Shown: positions 9,125 through 16,859 of the stretch, one piece after another
How positions within the stretch are numbered: the first letter of the stretch is position 1
Layout: every line of letters starts with the position of its first letter
DNA from: Candidatus Nanoarchaeia archaeon
Lineage (GTDB): Archaea; Nanobdellota; Nanobdellia; Woesearchaeales; CG1-02-33-12
Assembly: GCA_028711925.1 (NCBI GenBank)
Contig: JAQTRH010000001.1
Location: forward strand, 1 to 27,150
Length of the DNA stretch: 27,150 nt
Reading direction: 5' to 3'
The notes under the pieces: generated by a model
The model's database searches: none
The model's input: the letters and a program-made list of their open reading frames with translations, nothing else
Told to the model about the DNA's origin: nothing
Position numbers and translations under genes: made by a program

Positions 9125-9629
9125 TTGAATTGCCTCCCTTGTCTAAATAATTATTAATTTTTTTTTCTAGGTTTTTGTAAAAGCTGTCAACCCTGGGTTT
9201 TTGCTTATCAAGAAAATCAAGAATTTTGCTGTACTTATTTTTTAGCTCGTCCTTTATTAAAGGTTCTATTATCTTTATCTTTCTTTCATAAGGCATTTCA
9301 TTGATTCTTTCTTCAATAGTTTCATCATTCATCATGTTTATTATTTCTTTTCCATAACCATTTTCAATTCCGATCTTGCTTATTTTTATGATGTAATCCG
9401 GATAATAATTTGGATTTTTGTTTATTATTTCAAGACTGTGCTCTAAAAGCTCACTGATATCATTACCTGTTTTTCCATAAGCTGGACATTCTTCTTCTGC
9501 CACATAAATCACCTTTTCTTGTATTATTGGCTTTGCATAATTTTTGTCTGTATTTTCTGCAAAAAAACAACCTGTTAAGCCAATTGCTCCTGCCAAAAAA
9601 AATGTTGATATTGTCGTTTTGATACCCAT
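9111..9629 (-). CDS. Putative lipoprotein (172 aa)
   Basis: MGIKTTISTFFLAGAIG-LTGC: signal peptide ending in a lipobox-conforming LTGC. First gene of the operon. Confidence 0.7.
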   Translation of the reverse strand: MGIKTTISTFFLAGAIGLTGCFFAENTDKNYAKPIIQEKVIYVAEEECPAYGKTGNDISELLEHSLEIINKNPNYYPDYIIKISKIGIENGYGKEIINMMNDETIEERINEMPYERKIKIIEPLIKDELKNKYSKILDFLDKQKPRVDSFYKNLEKKINNYLDKGGNSNESY

Positions 9630-9652
9630 ATTAATTAGGTTATAGCAATAAG

Positions 9653-9660
9653 TTTTAATA
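9653..9660 (-). promoter_or_regulatory. Candidate TATA box for the six-gene accessory operon
   Basis: Minus strand TATTAAAA, 23 nt before the ATG at 9629. Confidence 0.45.
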
Positions 9661-9739
9661 AGAATTGCTGAAAAAAAACTTGATAATTTCCGCTTTTTTT
9701 GAATTTAATTGATATTTTATTGAAAGTTATTCAGAAAGA

Positions 9740-9747
9740 TATAAAAA
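9740..9747 (+). promoter_or_regulatory. BRE/TATA for the DUF357 gene
   Basis: CAGAAAGA-TATAAAAA, 23 nt before the ATG at 9771. Confidence 0.55.
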
Positions 9748-9770
9748 CTAGTTTGTTCAATTAATAGAAT

Positions 9771-10058
9771 ATGAGAACAATAACTGAAGAAAAGCTGAAT
9801 CATTATTTTGATATTACAGGCCAGGCCTTAAAAAAAGCCAAGCAAAACATAACAAAAGACTTATCCAAAAAAGGTTTTGCTAATGACTTTCTTGATATGG
9901 CCCAGAGGTATTATGATGATGCAAACTACTTCAAGGAAAAAAATGATTATGTTAACGCCTTTGCAGCGTTAAGCTACGCACACGGATGGTTAGATGCAGG
10001 CGCAAGAATTAAATTATTCAACGTGAATGATTCTAGACTATTCACTGTGGATGATTAA
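9771..10058 (+). CDS. DUF357 family protein
   Basis: DFLDMAQRYYDDANYF...DYVNAFAALSYAHGWLDAGARIKLF matches the archaeal DUF357 pattern. Confidence 0.9.
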   Translation: MRTITEEKLNHYFDITGQALKKAKQNITKDLSKKGFANDFLDMAQRYYDDANYFKEKNDYVNAFAALSYAHGWLDAGARIKLFNVNDSRLFTVDD

Positions 10059-10620
10059 TAACCATAGATATAAGATGAATGATTAATGCAATAAACACTG
10101 ATAAAGCAATAGTTGCGATAAAAAAATTCTGAAAAAAAGACTGCTGATAAACCTGGATCATCAGAGAACTGGGTAAAAATTGCCAGTTGCCCTGCGGAAA
10201 AAAAATTAAATGAAATAATTTAAAAAACGTGTTAAAAAATAGTGATGTGATAATACATAAAAAACCAATAAAGAAAATTATTAAAGTGGATTTCTTAATG
10301 TGATTAATTTTTATTTTTCTTTTGTAAACCAAAACAAAAAATGCAATTGAAAAAATAATAAAAATAAACTCCTCAAGCAGGATAAGATTTCTTACATCTT
10401 TCATGTGAGATTTTTCATCATCACTGAAATCAACATCCAGCTCTGAACTGAGCCCAGTTATATATTTAGTGACATTCTTATTAATTTCAAGAAAATAAGG
10501 GTTATCATTGTATTCTTCTATGAGTTTTTTATGAAAGTGATTACAATTCAAAAGAATATTGAATGAAAGAAGTATCAAAAAAAACGCAATCAAAAGCCCT
10601 ATTAAAAAATCTTTTTTCAT
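10042..10620 (-). CDS. DUF1461/TIGR01906 membrane protein, Lit (lipoprotein intramolecular transacylase)-like
   Basis: Four hydrophobic segments; FSDDEKSHMKDVRNL (H72) and FFKLFHLIFFPQGNWQF (H137). TAATG overlap with the cbf5 stop. Confidence 0.8.
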   Translation of the reverse strand: MKKDFLIGLLIAFFLILLSFNILLNCNHFHKKLIEEYNDNPYFLEINKNVTKYITGLSSELDVDFSDDEKSHMKDVRNLILLEEFIFIIFSIAFFVLVYKRKIKINHIKKSTLIIFFIGFLCIITSLFFNTFFKLFHLIFFPQGNWQFLPSSLMIQVYQQSFFQNFFIATIALSVFIALIIHLISMVINHPQ

Positions 10621-11618
10621 TATGATTTCTCAATCTTAGGATATGTTCCTGGAAGCATAAAAACCTTGTCTGTCTTAACAGCAAGCCCTTTCTCACCAAG
10701 CATCTCTTTTGAGCTCATCTTTGCAATTCCATAACAAATAAGCTCTTTTTTCAAAGTCATAACTGCAACAATATCCTGCTTTTCTATTCCTGAATCTAAC
10801 TGAGATATTCCTGGAAGATTAAGGTTTGCCCCATGGCATAAGCTGTCTACGGCGCTGTCAAGAACATAAATCTTTAAAAGATGCTCTACTGCCTCTTCAA
10901 TTGGCTGTATGCAATATCTGATATATTTTTCATTTTTTTCTTCGTTAAAATAATAAAATGCATCTGTCAAGTCCTGCATTGTAACAAGGTTAGTTAATTC
11001 ATTGAATGGCCCGGCCTTTGTTCTTCTAAGCTCTACCATATGCGCTCCGCATCCAAGCTGCTTTCCTATATCATGTATCAGTTTTCTTATGTATGTTCCT
11101 GCCTCGCATCCAACTTTAAAAAGAACATCCCTTTCATTAATCTCCATTATATCAATATAATAAACGCTTCTCTGCCTTTTCCTTCTTTTTACAGCGCTTT
11201 TTATAGGAGGAATCTGGTCTATCCTGCCAACAAATTTGCTGCACACTTCAGTTATCTTGTTTTCAGAGACATCTTTATGAACATGCATTAAAGCAATGTA
11301 CTCTTTTCCTGCTGTAAGGAGCAACTGAACAACACGTGTTGCTCTCCCAATTGCCAATGGAAGCACGCCTGTAACTCCTGGATCAAGAGTTCCTGAATGC
11401 CCTGCCTTGGATATGCTGAGAATTTTTTGCACATAATCGCTTACCTGGTGGCTTGTAGGGCCAGATGGCTTGTCTATATTGACTATTCCATAATTTATCA
11501 GCTCTTTGACAGGCATGTTCTCTGGAATACAACCAAATTTATCGCTTGTTTCAGCTTTTTTCCTGATTAGAATTTGTCTTTTATGCTTTTCAAAAGGCAA
11601 AAGGTTATTTTTTTCCAT
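10620..11618 (-). CDS. cbf5: H/ACA RNA-guided pseudouridine synthase Cbf5 (TruB family, PUA domain)
   Basis: GIVNIDKPSGPTSHQV, GHSGTLDPGVTGVL, KEYIALM, GCEAGTYIRKLIHDIG, ELRRTKAGPF. ATG at 11618 preferred over TTG at 11636 because TTATTAAATA (11638-11647) lies about 20 nt upstream of it. Confidence 0.96.
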   Translation of the reverse strand: MEKNNLLPFEKHKRQILIRKKAETSDKFGCIPENMPVKELINYGIVNIDKPSGPTSHQVSDYVQKILSISKAGHSGTLDPGVTGVLPLAIGRATRVVQLLLTAGKEYIALMHVHKDVSENKITEVCSKFVGRIDQIPPIKSAVKRRKRQRSVYYIDIMEINERDVLFKVGCEAGTYIRKLIHDIGKQLGCGAHMVELRRTKAGPFNELTNLVTMQDLTDAFYYFNEEKNEKYIRYCIQPIEEAVEHLLKIYVLDSAVDSLCHGANLNLPGISQLDSGIEKQDIVAVMTLKKELICYGIAKMSSKEMLGEKGLAVKTDKVFMLPGTYPKIEKS

Positions 11619-11655
11619 AAAAAAAAGATTATTCAATTATTTAATAAGGTTTTGA

Positions 11656-12234
11656 TTATTTAGAATTAGTTTTTGGCTTTTCCACCTTTTCCTTGGTTTC
11701 TTTTTTAATTACATCAGTTGCAGTTTCTGTTTTTTCTTCTTTTTTTGGTTTATCTTGTTTTTCAGGTTCTTCTTTTAATTTATTTTCAGCTGGTTTGTTT
11801 TCCTGCTCTTTTGCTTCTTTCTTTTGCTCTGTTTTATCTTCAGGTTGTTTTTTATCTTCCTTCTTTGCTGTTTTGTCTTTATCTTCTTTCTTTTCCTCAG
11901 GTTTTTCTGTTTTTTTTGCATTCTTTTTCTCTTTTTCTGGCTTTTCAACAGGAGCTCCTACCAGCTCTGCTTTAACCAATCCATCATCATACTTTTCAAC
12001 CTTTACCTTTACCTTATGCGGCGGGTTTTTAATGCCATTCTCCCACACTTTTAAGTTTAAATATTTCCCTAATTTGACGTTGTCTGACTTCATATGTTTG
12101 ATTAGAAATTCTTTTACAGCAGAGATTGTTTTTTTTGCTCTCTTGTATTTGGGAGTCTTCTGAAACTCTTTTCTAAGAGGGATAACATACTCCCTTTCAA
12201 TTACTATTTTTGACTTTTCCTCTTTCTTTGCCAT
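11656..12234 (-). CDS. rpl31e: 50S ribosomal protein L31e with long K/E-rich C-terminal tail
   Basis: EREYVIPLR, KRAKKTISAVKEFLIKHMK, LNLKVWENGIKNPPHKVKV. ATG at 12234; the track start at 12264 lies inside rpl39e. Confidence 0.95.
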   Translation of the reverse strand: MAKKEEKSKIVIEREYVIPLRKEFQKTPKYKRAKKTISAVKEFLIKHMKSDNVKLGKYLNLKVWENGIKNPPHKVKVKVEKYDDGLVKAELVGAPVEKPEKEKKNAKKTEKPEEKKEDKDKTAKKEDKKQPEDKTEQKKEAKEQENKPAENKLKEEPEKQDKPKKEEKTETATDVIKKETKEKVEKPKTNSK

Positions 12235-12236
12235 TT

Positions 12237-12410
12237 TTATGCCTTTGTCTTTGTTCTTCTCCAAGAGCGCTTAATCTCAGTATGCCTTCCTGGATGAACT
12301 TTCCTTCCCTTTCCATAAATTTTCATAACAGTCCAAAAAGGGGCCCACCTGGTTTGCTTATTGAGTTTAGCTAATCTCAGCTTTCTGCTTAAATGCTTGT
12401 ATTTTGCCAT
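12237..12410 (-). CDS. rpl39e: 50S ribosomal protein L39e (57 aa, absent from the ORF track)
   Basis: Manual translation: MAKYKHLSRKLRLAKLNKQTRWAPFWTVMKIYGKGRKVHPGRHTEIKRSWRRTKTKA*. Canonical position between PDCD5 and rpl31e. Confidence 0.93.
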   Translation of the reverse strand: MAKYKHLSRKLRLAKLNKQTRWAPFWTVMKIYGKGRKVHPGRHTEIKRSWRRTKTKA

Positions 12411-12411
12411 T

Positions 12412-12729
12412 TTATTTCCTTATAATCTTGAATCTGTCTTTTTTTGGTTGTATTCTCTTAAGCAGGTTTTTCAGTGCCTCATCATCAACTTTATTTATCC
12501 TTCCTGTGCTGATTGCCTGCCCTAAAAGTGTAATGAGCTGAATTGCAAGCTCTGGATGAGCTGTTTTTATGTTTCCATACCTTTCAAGCGCTTTTTTGGT
12601 AAGTGCTCTTTTTACCATTGATTCCAGCTGCATTATCTGTTGCTGAAATTGATAGTCATCCGAGCTGTTTTGCTGTTGTTTTTTAAGTTCCTCAAGTTTT
12701 TTTCTTTTTATCTCCTCGATATCATTCAT
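12412..12729 (-). CDS. PDCD5-like DNA-binding protein
   Basis: IEEIKRKKLEELKKQ, ALTKKALERYGNIK, KVDDEALKNLLKRI, FKIIRK; conserved position after rps19e. Confidence 0.92.
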   Translation of the reverse strand: MNDIEEIKRKKLEELKKQQQNSSDDYQFQQQIMQLESMVKRALTKKALERYGNIKTAHPELAIQLITLLGQAISTGRINKVDDEALKNLLKRIQPKKDRFKIIRK

Positions 12730-13301
12730 TTTTGCTTTGATTTATCATCAATTTTATCTTCCTTTGATGCTTTTTCAGCTGTTTTATCTTTATCTTGCTG
12801 GCTTTTTTTCTTATCAATAGTTTCAGTTTGCTTTATTTCTTTTTCTTTTTTTGTTTCTGGTTGTTTTTCAGGTTTCTTGCCTGCAATTTTAGCCGCAACT
12901 TTGTCGAGAAGAGATACTCCCTTGGGAGATATTATTCTGCCCTTATGGATTCCTTTTTCTTCTTTCTTTACAAGCTCTGCCTGCTCAAGCTGCTGGAATA
13001 TCAGCCTTATTATTTTTCCAGAAGCGCGGCAAAACTTTTCTGGCTTCACTCCCCTGTTCTTTTTACCGCCATACTTCTGCCTTAATTTTGATACTCCTAC
13101 AGGCCCATTTTTTTTTATTGTTCTTAATATAGCAGCAGCTCTTACATACCACCAGTCATCCCTTGCTGGGGGTCTCTCCTTATGAGCGCCTGTTTTAACA
13201 AACTCTGCCCATTGGGGTGGCTTTATAAACTCAATTTTTTTCAATTCTAAGGCAGTTTCCTCTATTAAATCATTTTGAGGAACATTATAAATGTTTTTCA
13301 T
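12726..13301 (-). CDS. rps19e: 30S ribosomal protein S19e with K/E-rich C-terminal tail
   Basis: PPQWAEFVKTGAHKERPP, WWYVRAAAILR, GPVGVSKLRQKYGG, ASGKIIRLIFQQLEQA. SD GGAGGT is 6 nt before the ATG at 13301 but abuts the ATG at 13307. Confidence 0.96.
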   Translation of the reverse strand: MKNIYNVPQNDLIEETALELKKIEFIKPPQWAEFVKTGAHKERPPARDDWWYVRAAAILRTIKKNGPVGVSKLRQKYGGKKNRGVKPEKFCRASGKIIRLIFQQLEQAELVKKEEKGIHKGRIISPKGVSLLDKVAAKIAGKKPEKQPETKKEKEIKQTETIDKKKSQQDKDKTAEKASKEDKIDDKSKQK

Positions 13302-13549
13302 CAGCATACCTCCGTTATTTTGCCTTTCTAAGCTAAAATAAAGGCTTAAAAGCTCTTAAAAGTTTTTTTAAATGATTTAGTTTAAAAAAGAACTTTTAAA
13401 CCTGTTAAATAAACTTCATTTAATCTTGATATATAAAATACAGGGAAAAAACAGTTATTTAAAAAGCTTTTTATTTGTAACCGTATAATTTGGTTTATTT
13501 GATCTTTTAAGAAGGTTAAAATTATTAAAAAATAAATTAAAAAGAATCC

Positions 13550-14215
13550 TTATCTTAAATCACCTATATTGATTATTGACCTTTCTAGTTTAATTGAATC
13601 GTCCATTGCTATCCTGGGACAGGCAGTATTTATGAAACACTCAATAAAAGGAAAATTTTCAAGCTGGGTGAAATCGATTGTATCAAATAATATAAAGTAA
13701 AAGTTTTTTTCTTTAAAGCTTTTTTTCAGTTCAAAGGCCTTCTCAAGATTTTTTTGGCCGGGCTTTGTTGTTAATATAACTCCTATTTCATTTGAACTGA
13801 AGAACCTAATCAAAGCGCCCTTCTTTTTTTTGTTAATCTTTTCTGCTTCCTTAAAATCAATTTTTTTAAGATTTTTTGTTATTGGATTAAAAACAAAAAC
13901 ATCTTTTTTTGTGTCCAGAGAAATTGCTATCGGGTGAAAATCGCCCGTTCCAATATAAAGGAATGCATCAACTCTCTCTTTAACTGAAGATGCTGCCAAT
14001 ACATCGCACCCAAGAACCTGCCCAGGATAAGCTGTATGACTTCCCTTCCCAACAAAAACTGTTTTTTTATGTTTTTCAAGCTCTTTTTTTATATTTTTTA
14101 AATGTTCAATGAACTGAATTGTTGCAACTAAGCCGATTTTTTCTGGAAGTTTAGAAGCAGTCTTTTCAATAAAAATAGGCTTATTGTATCTTGCTTCAAC
14201 AAACATTAATTTCAT
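13550..14215 (-). CDS. dph2: Dph2-family diphthamide synthesis protein lacking the N-terminal domain
   Basis: KIGLVATIQF, GQVLGCD, FLYIGTGDFHP, GVILTTKPGQ, FINTACPRI; 221 aa versus about 340 aa for typical archaeal Dph2. TATA TTTAAAAA (14238-14245) is 22 nt upstream. Confidence 0.85.
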   Translation of the reverse strand: MKLMFVEARYNKPIFIEKTASKLPEKIGLVATIQFIEHLKNIKKELEKHKKTVFVGKGSHTAYPGQVLGCDVLAASSVKERVDAFLYIGTGDFHPIAISLDTKKDVFVFNPITKNLKKIDFKEAEKINKKKKGALIRFFSSNEIGVILTTKPGQKNLEKAFELKKSFKEKNFYFILFDTIDFTQLENFPFIECFINTACPRIAMDDSIKLERSIINIGDLR

Positions 14216-14250
14216 TTCAATAGAGATATCTTAATGATTTTTAAATTGTT

Positions 14251-15099
14251 CTATTTTAGTATATCATAGAATGAATCAAAAATTGGCTTATCTGTGGTAA
14301 CTAAGTAAAAATCAACGCCAATTTCATCGCAAATTTTTGCTATCTTTGATATATGGTTTTCTAGCATCTGTTTGTAATTAACCTTTAATCTCGGGCTTAT
14401 GTCTGTTCTCATGATATCCTTTGTCTCAGAATCTTTTAGTTTAAAATCACCATTCAATGATAAATCCCTTTCAATGGGATCAAGCAACATTATTATTTTC
14501 ATATCGTGGTCTCCAAGCATAAAAAGAGAATTCTCTATATCTTCTGTATTAAAAAGAAAATCTGATATTATGACCACCATTGACCTTGAGTCAATCATTT
14601 TTTTGTATTTAATTATTGCATCCTTAAAATTAGAATGGCCTGTTAGTTTTATATTATTCAAGTGGTCAATCATATCAGCCAGATGTTTCATTCCCCTCCA
14701 TGACTTAAATGTTTCAAGGTTTTCAGCAAATGTTGAGAACTGAAACCTTTCATTTTCCTTCATGCAGATAAAGGCCATTCCAACCCCGAGCATTGAAGCA
14801 TAATCAAATTTAGTTGTTGTTTTTCCATAATTCATGCTTGCGCTGTGGTCAACGATTATATGTGTTGTAAGGCTTTTGTCTTCCTCATATCTCTTTATGT
14901 AAAGGTCGTCGGTTCTTGCAAATATCCTCCAGTCAATTGACCTAAAATCATCTCCTGGCGTATATATACGGTGGTCTTTTATATTCATTCCTCTTCCGCG
15001 CATCATAGAGCGTCTAGCTCCAGTATAACTTGAGGTAACTCTTTTTCTAATGACTAGGTTAAACCTGGAAAGCTGAGACAAAAACTCGCTTGTTATCAT
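14251..15099 (-). CDS. DUF58 family vWA-like protein
   Basis: DHRIYTPGDDFRSIDWRIFART, LYIKRYEE, IIVDHSASM, VVIISDF; follows moxR with ATGA overlap. Confidence 0.92.
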   Translation of the reverse strand: MITSEFLSQLSRFNLVIRKRVTSSYTGARRSMMRGRGMNIKDHRIYTPGDDFRSIDWRIFARTDDLYIKRYEEDKSLTTHIIVDHSASMNYGKTTTKFDYASMLGVGMAFICMKENERFQFSTFAENLETFKSWRGMKHLADMIDHLNNIKLTGHSNFKDAIIKYKKMIDSRSMVVIISDFLFNTEDIENSLFMLGDHDMKIIMLLDPIERDLSLNGDFKLKDSETKDIMRTDISPRLKVNYKQMLENHISKIAKICDEIGVDFYLVTTDKPIFDSFYDILK

Positions 15100-16028
15100 T
15101 TTACCTTGTTGAGAATTTCCTTTATTGCATCATCTGTCTTCATTCCTTTTCTCTCTGCTTCAAAATTTAAAATTATCCTGTGCCTTAACACTGGATAAGC
15201 CATTGCATCTATGTCTTCCTTGCTTACATATTTTCTTCCTTTTACAATAGCCCTTGCTTTTGACGCCAAAACAAGCCCTATGGATGCTCTTGGTGATGCC
15301 CCATATTCTATAAGGTTAGGGTTCTTCCTTGTTTCTGAAACTATCTTTACTATTCTCCTTTTCAAATCATTTGCAATAGGAACCTGTCTTACTAAAGACT
15401 GCATCCTAATCAAATCAGGTTTGTTGAGGATGGTTTTAACATTCTTCTCAATATTCTGAAATGCGTATTTGTCAACTATTTCCACTTCTTCATCATAGCT
15501 GGGATAGCTTACATTAATCTTAAGCAAAAACCTGTCTGACTGCGCTTCAGGCAAGGGATAAGTTCCTTCCTGCTCTATGGGGTTTTGTGTTGCAAGTACA
15601 AAGAAGGGCTTGTCGAGCTCAAAAGTTTTGTTTCCAACTGTAACTTGCTTCTCCTGCATGGCTTCTAATAATGCAGATTGTGTTTTCGGAGTTGCTCTGT
15701 TTATTTCATCTGCCAATACAATATTAGCGAATATGGGGCCTGGCTGAAACTTAAAGCTTCTTTTTCCAGAAACCTCTTCAATAATATAAGTTCCTGTGAT
15801 GTCAGATGGCATTAAATCGGGCGTATTCTGTATCCTGCTGAACTTAAGGTCCATAAGGTCTGACATTGTTTTTATTGCCAGTGTTTTTGCAAGTCCCGGA
15901 TATCCTTCCAATAATGCATTTGCATCGCAAAGTATTGTAATCAGAATTTGCTCGACAACATCTTTTTGGCCAACAACAACCTTCCCAACCTCTTTGTATA
16001 AATTGTCAAATGTTTCTTTTTTTATCAT
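15096..16028 (-). CDS. moxR: MoxR-family AAA+ ATPase
   Basis: Walker A LEGYPGLAKT, RIQNTPDLMPSDITG, Walker B VLADEINRATPKTQSALLEAMQE, ATQNPIEQEGTYPLPEAQSDRF, GASPRA, LRHRI. ATG at 16028 with SD GAGGTG 6 nt upstream; the track's GTG is part of the SD. Confidence 0.96.
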   Translation of the reverse strand: MIKKETFDNLYKEVGKVVVGQKDVVEQILITILCDANALLEGYPGLAKTLAIKTMSDLMDLKFSRIQNTPDLMPSDITGTYIIEEVSGKRSFKFQPGPIFANIVLADEINRATPKTQSALLEAMQEKQVTVGNKTFELDKPFFVLATQNPIEQEGTYPLPEAQSDRFLLKINVSYPSYDEEVEIVDKYAFQNIEKNVKTILNKPDLIRMQSLVRQVPIANDLKRRIVKIVSETRKNPNLIEYGASPRASIGLVLASKARAIVKGRKYVSKEDIDAMAYPVLRHRIILNFEAERKGMKTDDAIKEILNKVK

Positions 16029-16048
16029 TTTATGCACCTCTTATATTA

Positions 16049-16837
16049 TCAATTTTCTGCCAACTTCAAAAAATAATTTTTTACTATTTCCTGTTTTTCT
16101 TTTTGTATATTTTCCTGATAAACCTCAGCTGATTCAACAAAAACTTCATCAGGAAATAACTGGTCAAAATCTCTTCTTTCAGGTTCTTTAACCTTATCAA
16201 GGTTTATTTCATACCCTGCTGGTTTTATTATCAGGTCAAGTTTTTCATCTCCCATCTGAGCAATGCTTGGGTCGTCAAAAAGGCTCTCGCCTATCCCAGA
16301 CCCAGCAATCTTCTGCAGACCTTGAATCCCTCCTTCTGTGTTATTCCCACCTATCCCATATATAAAATCTATAGTGTCTATTGCTGTGTCTTTAAGGTTA
16401 AATGATAGGTCAAATTGTGATGTGAAAACCAATAAAAAACAAAGAACTACAGCAACCAATATCTTATATGATATTTCTTTTTCATTTATGAAAGATGAAA
16501 CATTAACATATTTCATATCATTCATTATGTCTGATTTCAAGCTATCGACAATGGGGTTCTCCATTTTTATGTTGTCTCTTGCTGTCCTAAGCCTTTCATT
16601 TAAAAAAGGATATTTTCTTTCAACTGTAAGCAAATGTTTTTCAGTTATCCCTTTTATTGAAAATAAAAAAAAGTAAAGTAATGCAGGAACCAATGCATAC
16701 TCTTTATAAAAGTTAAATAATGACAAAACTATATACGAAGAAAGGAATATCAAGACTGATATAAGAAAAACATTAAACATTATTATGTTGTTAAATGTAA
16801 AGTTGATTTCCCTTAAAACTTTTTTGAATTTTTTCAT
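16049..16837 (-). CDS. Hypothetical membrane protein of the MoxR/vWA operon
   Basis: About three hydrophobic segments and an acidic C-terminal region. Start at 16837 (MKKFKK) avoids a 44-nt overlap with the upstream gene. Confidence 0.75.
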   Translation of the reverse strand: MKKFKKVLREINFTFNNIIMFNVFLISVLIFLSSYIVLSLFNFYKEYALVPALLYFFLFSIKGITEKHLLTVERKYPFLNERLRTARDNIKMENPIVDSLKSDIMNDMKYVNVSSFINEKEISYKILVAVVLCFLLVFTSQFDLSFNLKDTAIDTIDFIYGIGGNNTEGGIQGLQKIAGSGIGESLFDDPSIAQMGDEKLDLIIKPAGYEINLDKVKEPERRDFDQLFPDEVFVESAEVYQENIQKEKQEIVKNYFLKLAEN

Positions 16838-16859
16838 TTTGTATCTTTTGATAGATCTT

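Noticed and set aside
4224-9629. Provirus or integrative element
   Set aside because: No integrase, terminase, capsid or replication motifs recognised, and no flanking direct repeats or tRNA seen at the edges.
9648-9660. Shared TTAAAACTTATTG next to the TATA boxes of the accessory operon and of tRNA-Pro (24571-24583)
   Set aside because: A 13-nt AT-rich match that includes the TATA box itself; two instances are too weak to call a regulon.
11693-13185. Plus-strand F/S/L-rich ORFs (11693-12163, 11718-11975, 11824-12054, 12640-13185, 12795-13085)
   Set aside because: Antisense shadows of K/E-rich ribosomal protein genes; their hydrophobic look comes from the T-rich complement.
13308-13549. Replication origin or ncRNA in the 242-bp AT-rich gap
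   Set aside because: Only A/T-run palindromes such as AAAAAGCTTTTT, expected at this composition; no ORB-like repeats, no adjacent cdc6/orc1, no GC-rich stems. Best explained as the rps19e promoter region plus the dph2 3' end.
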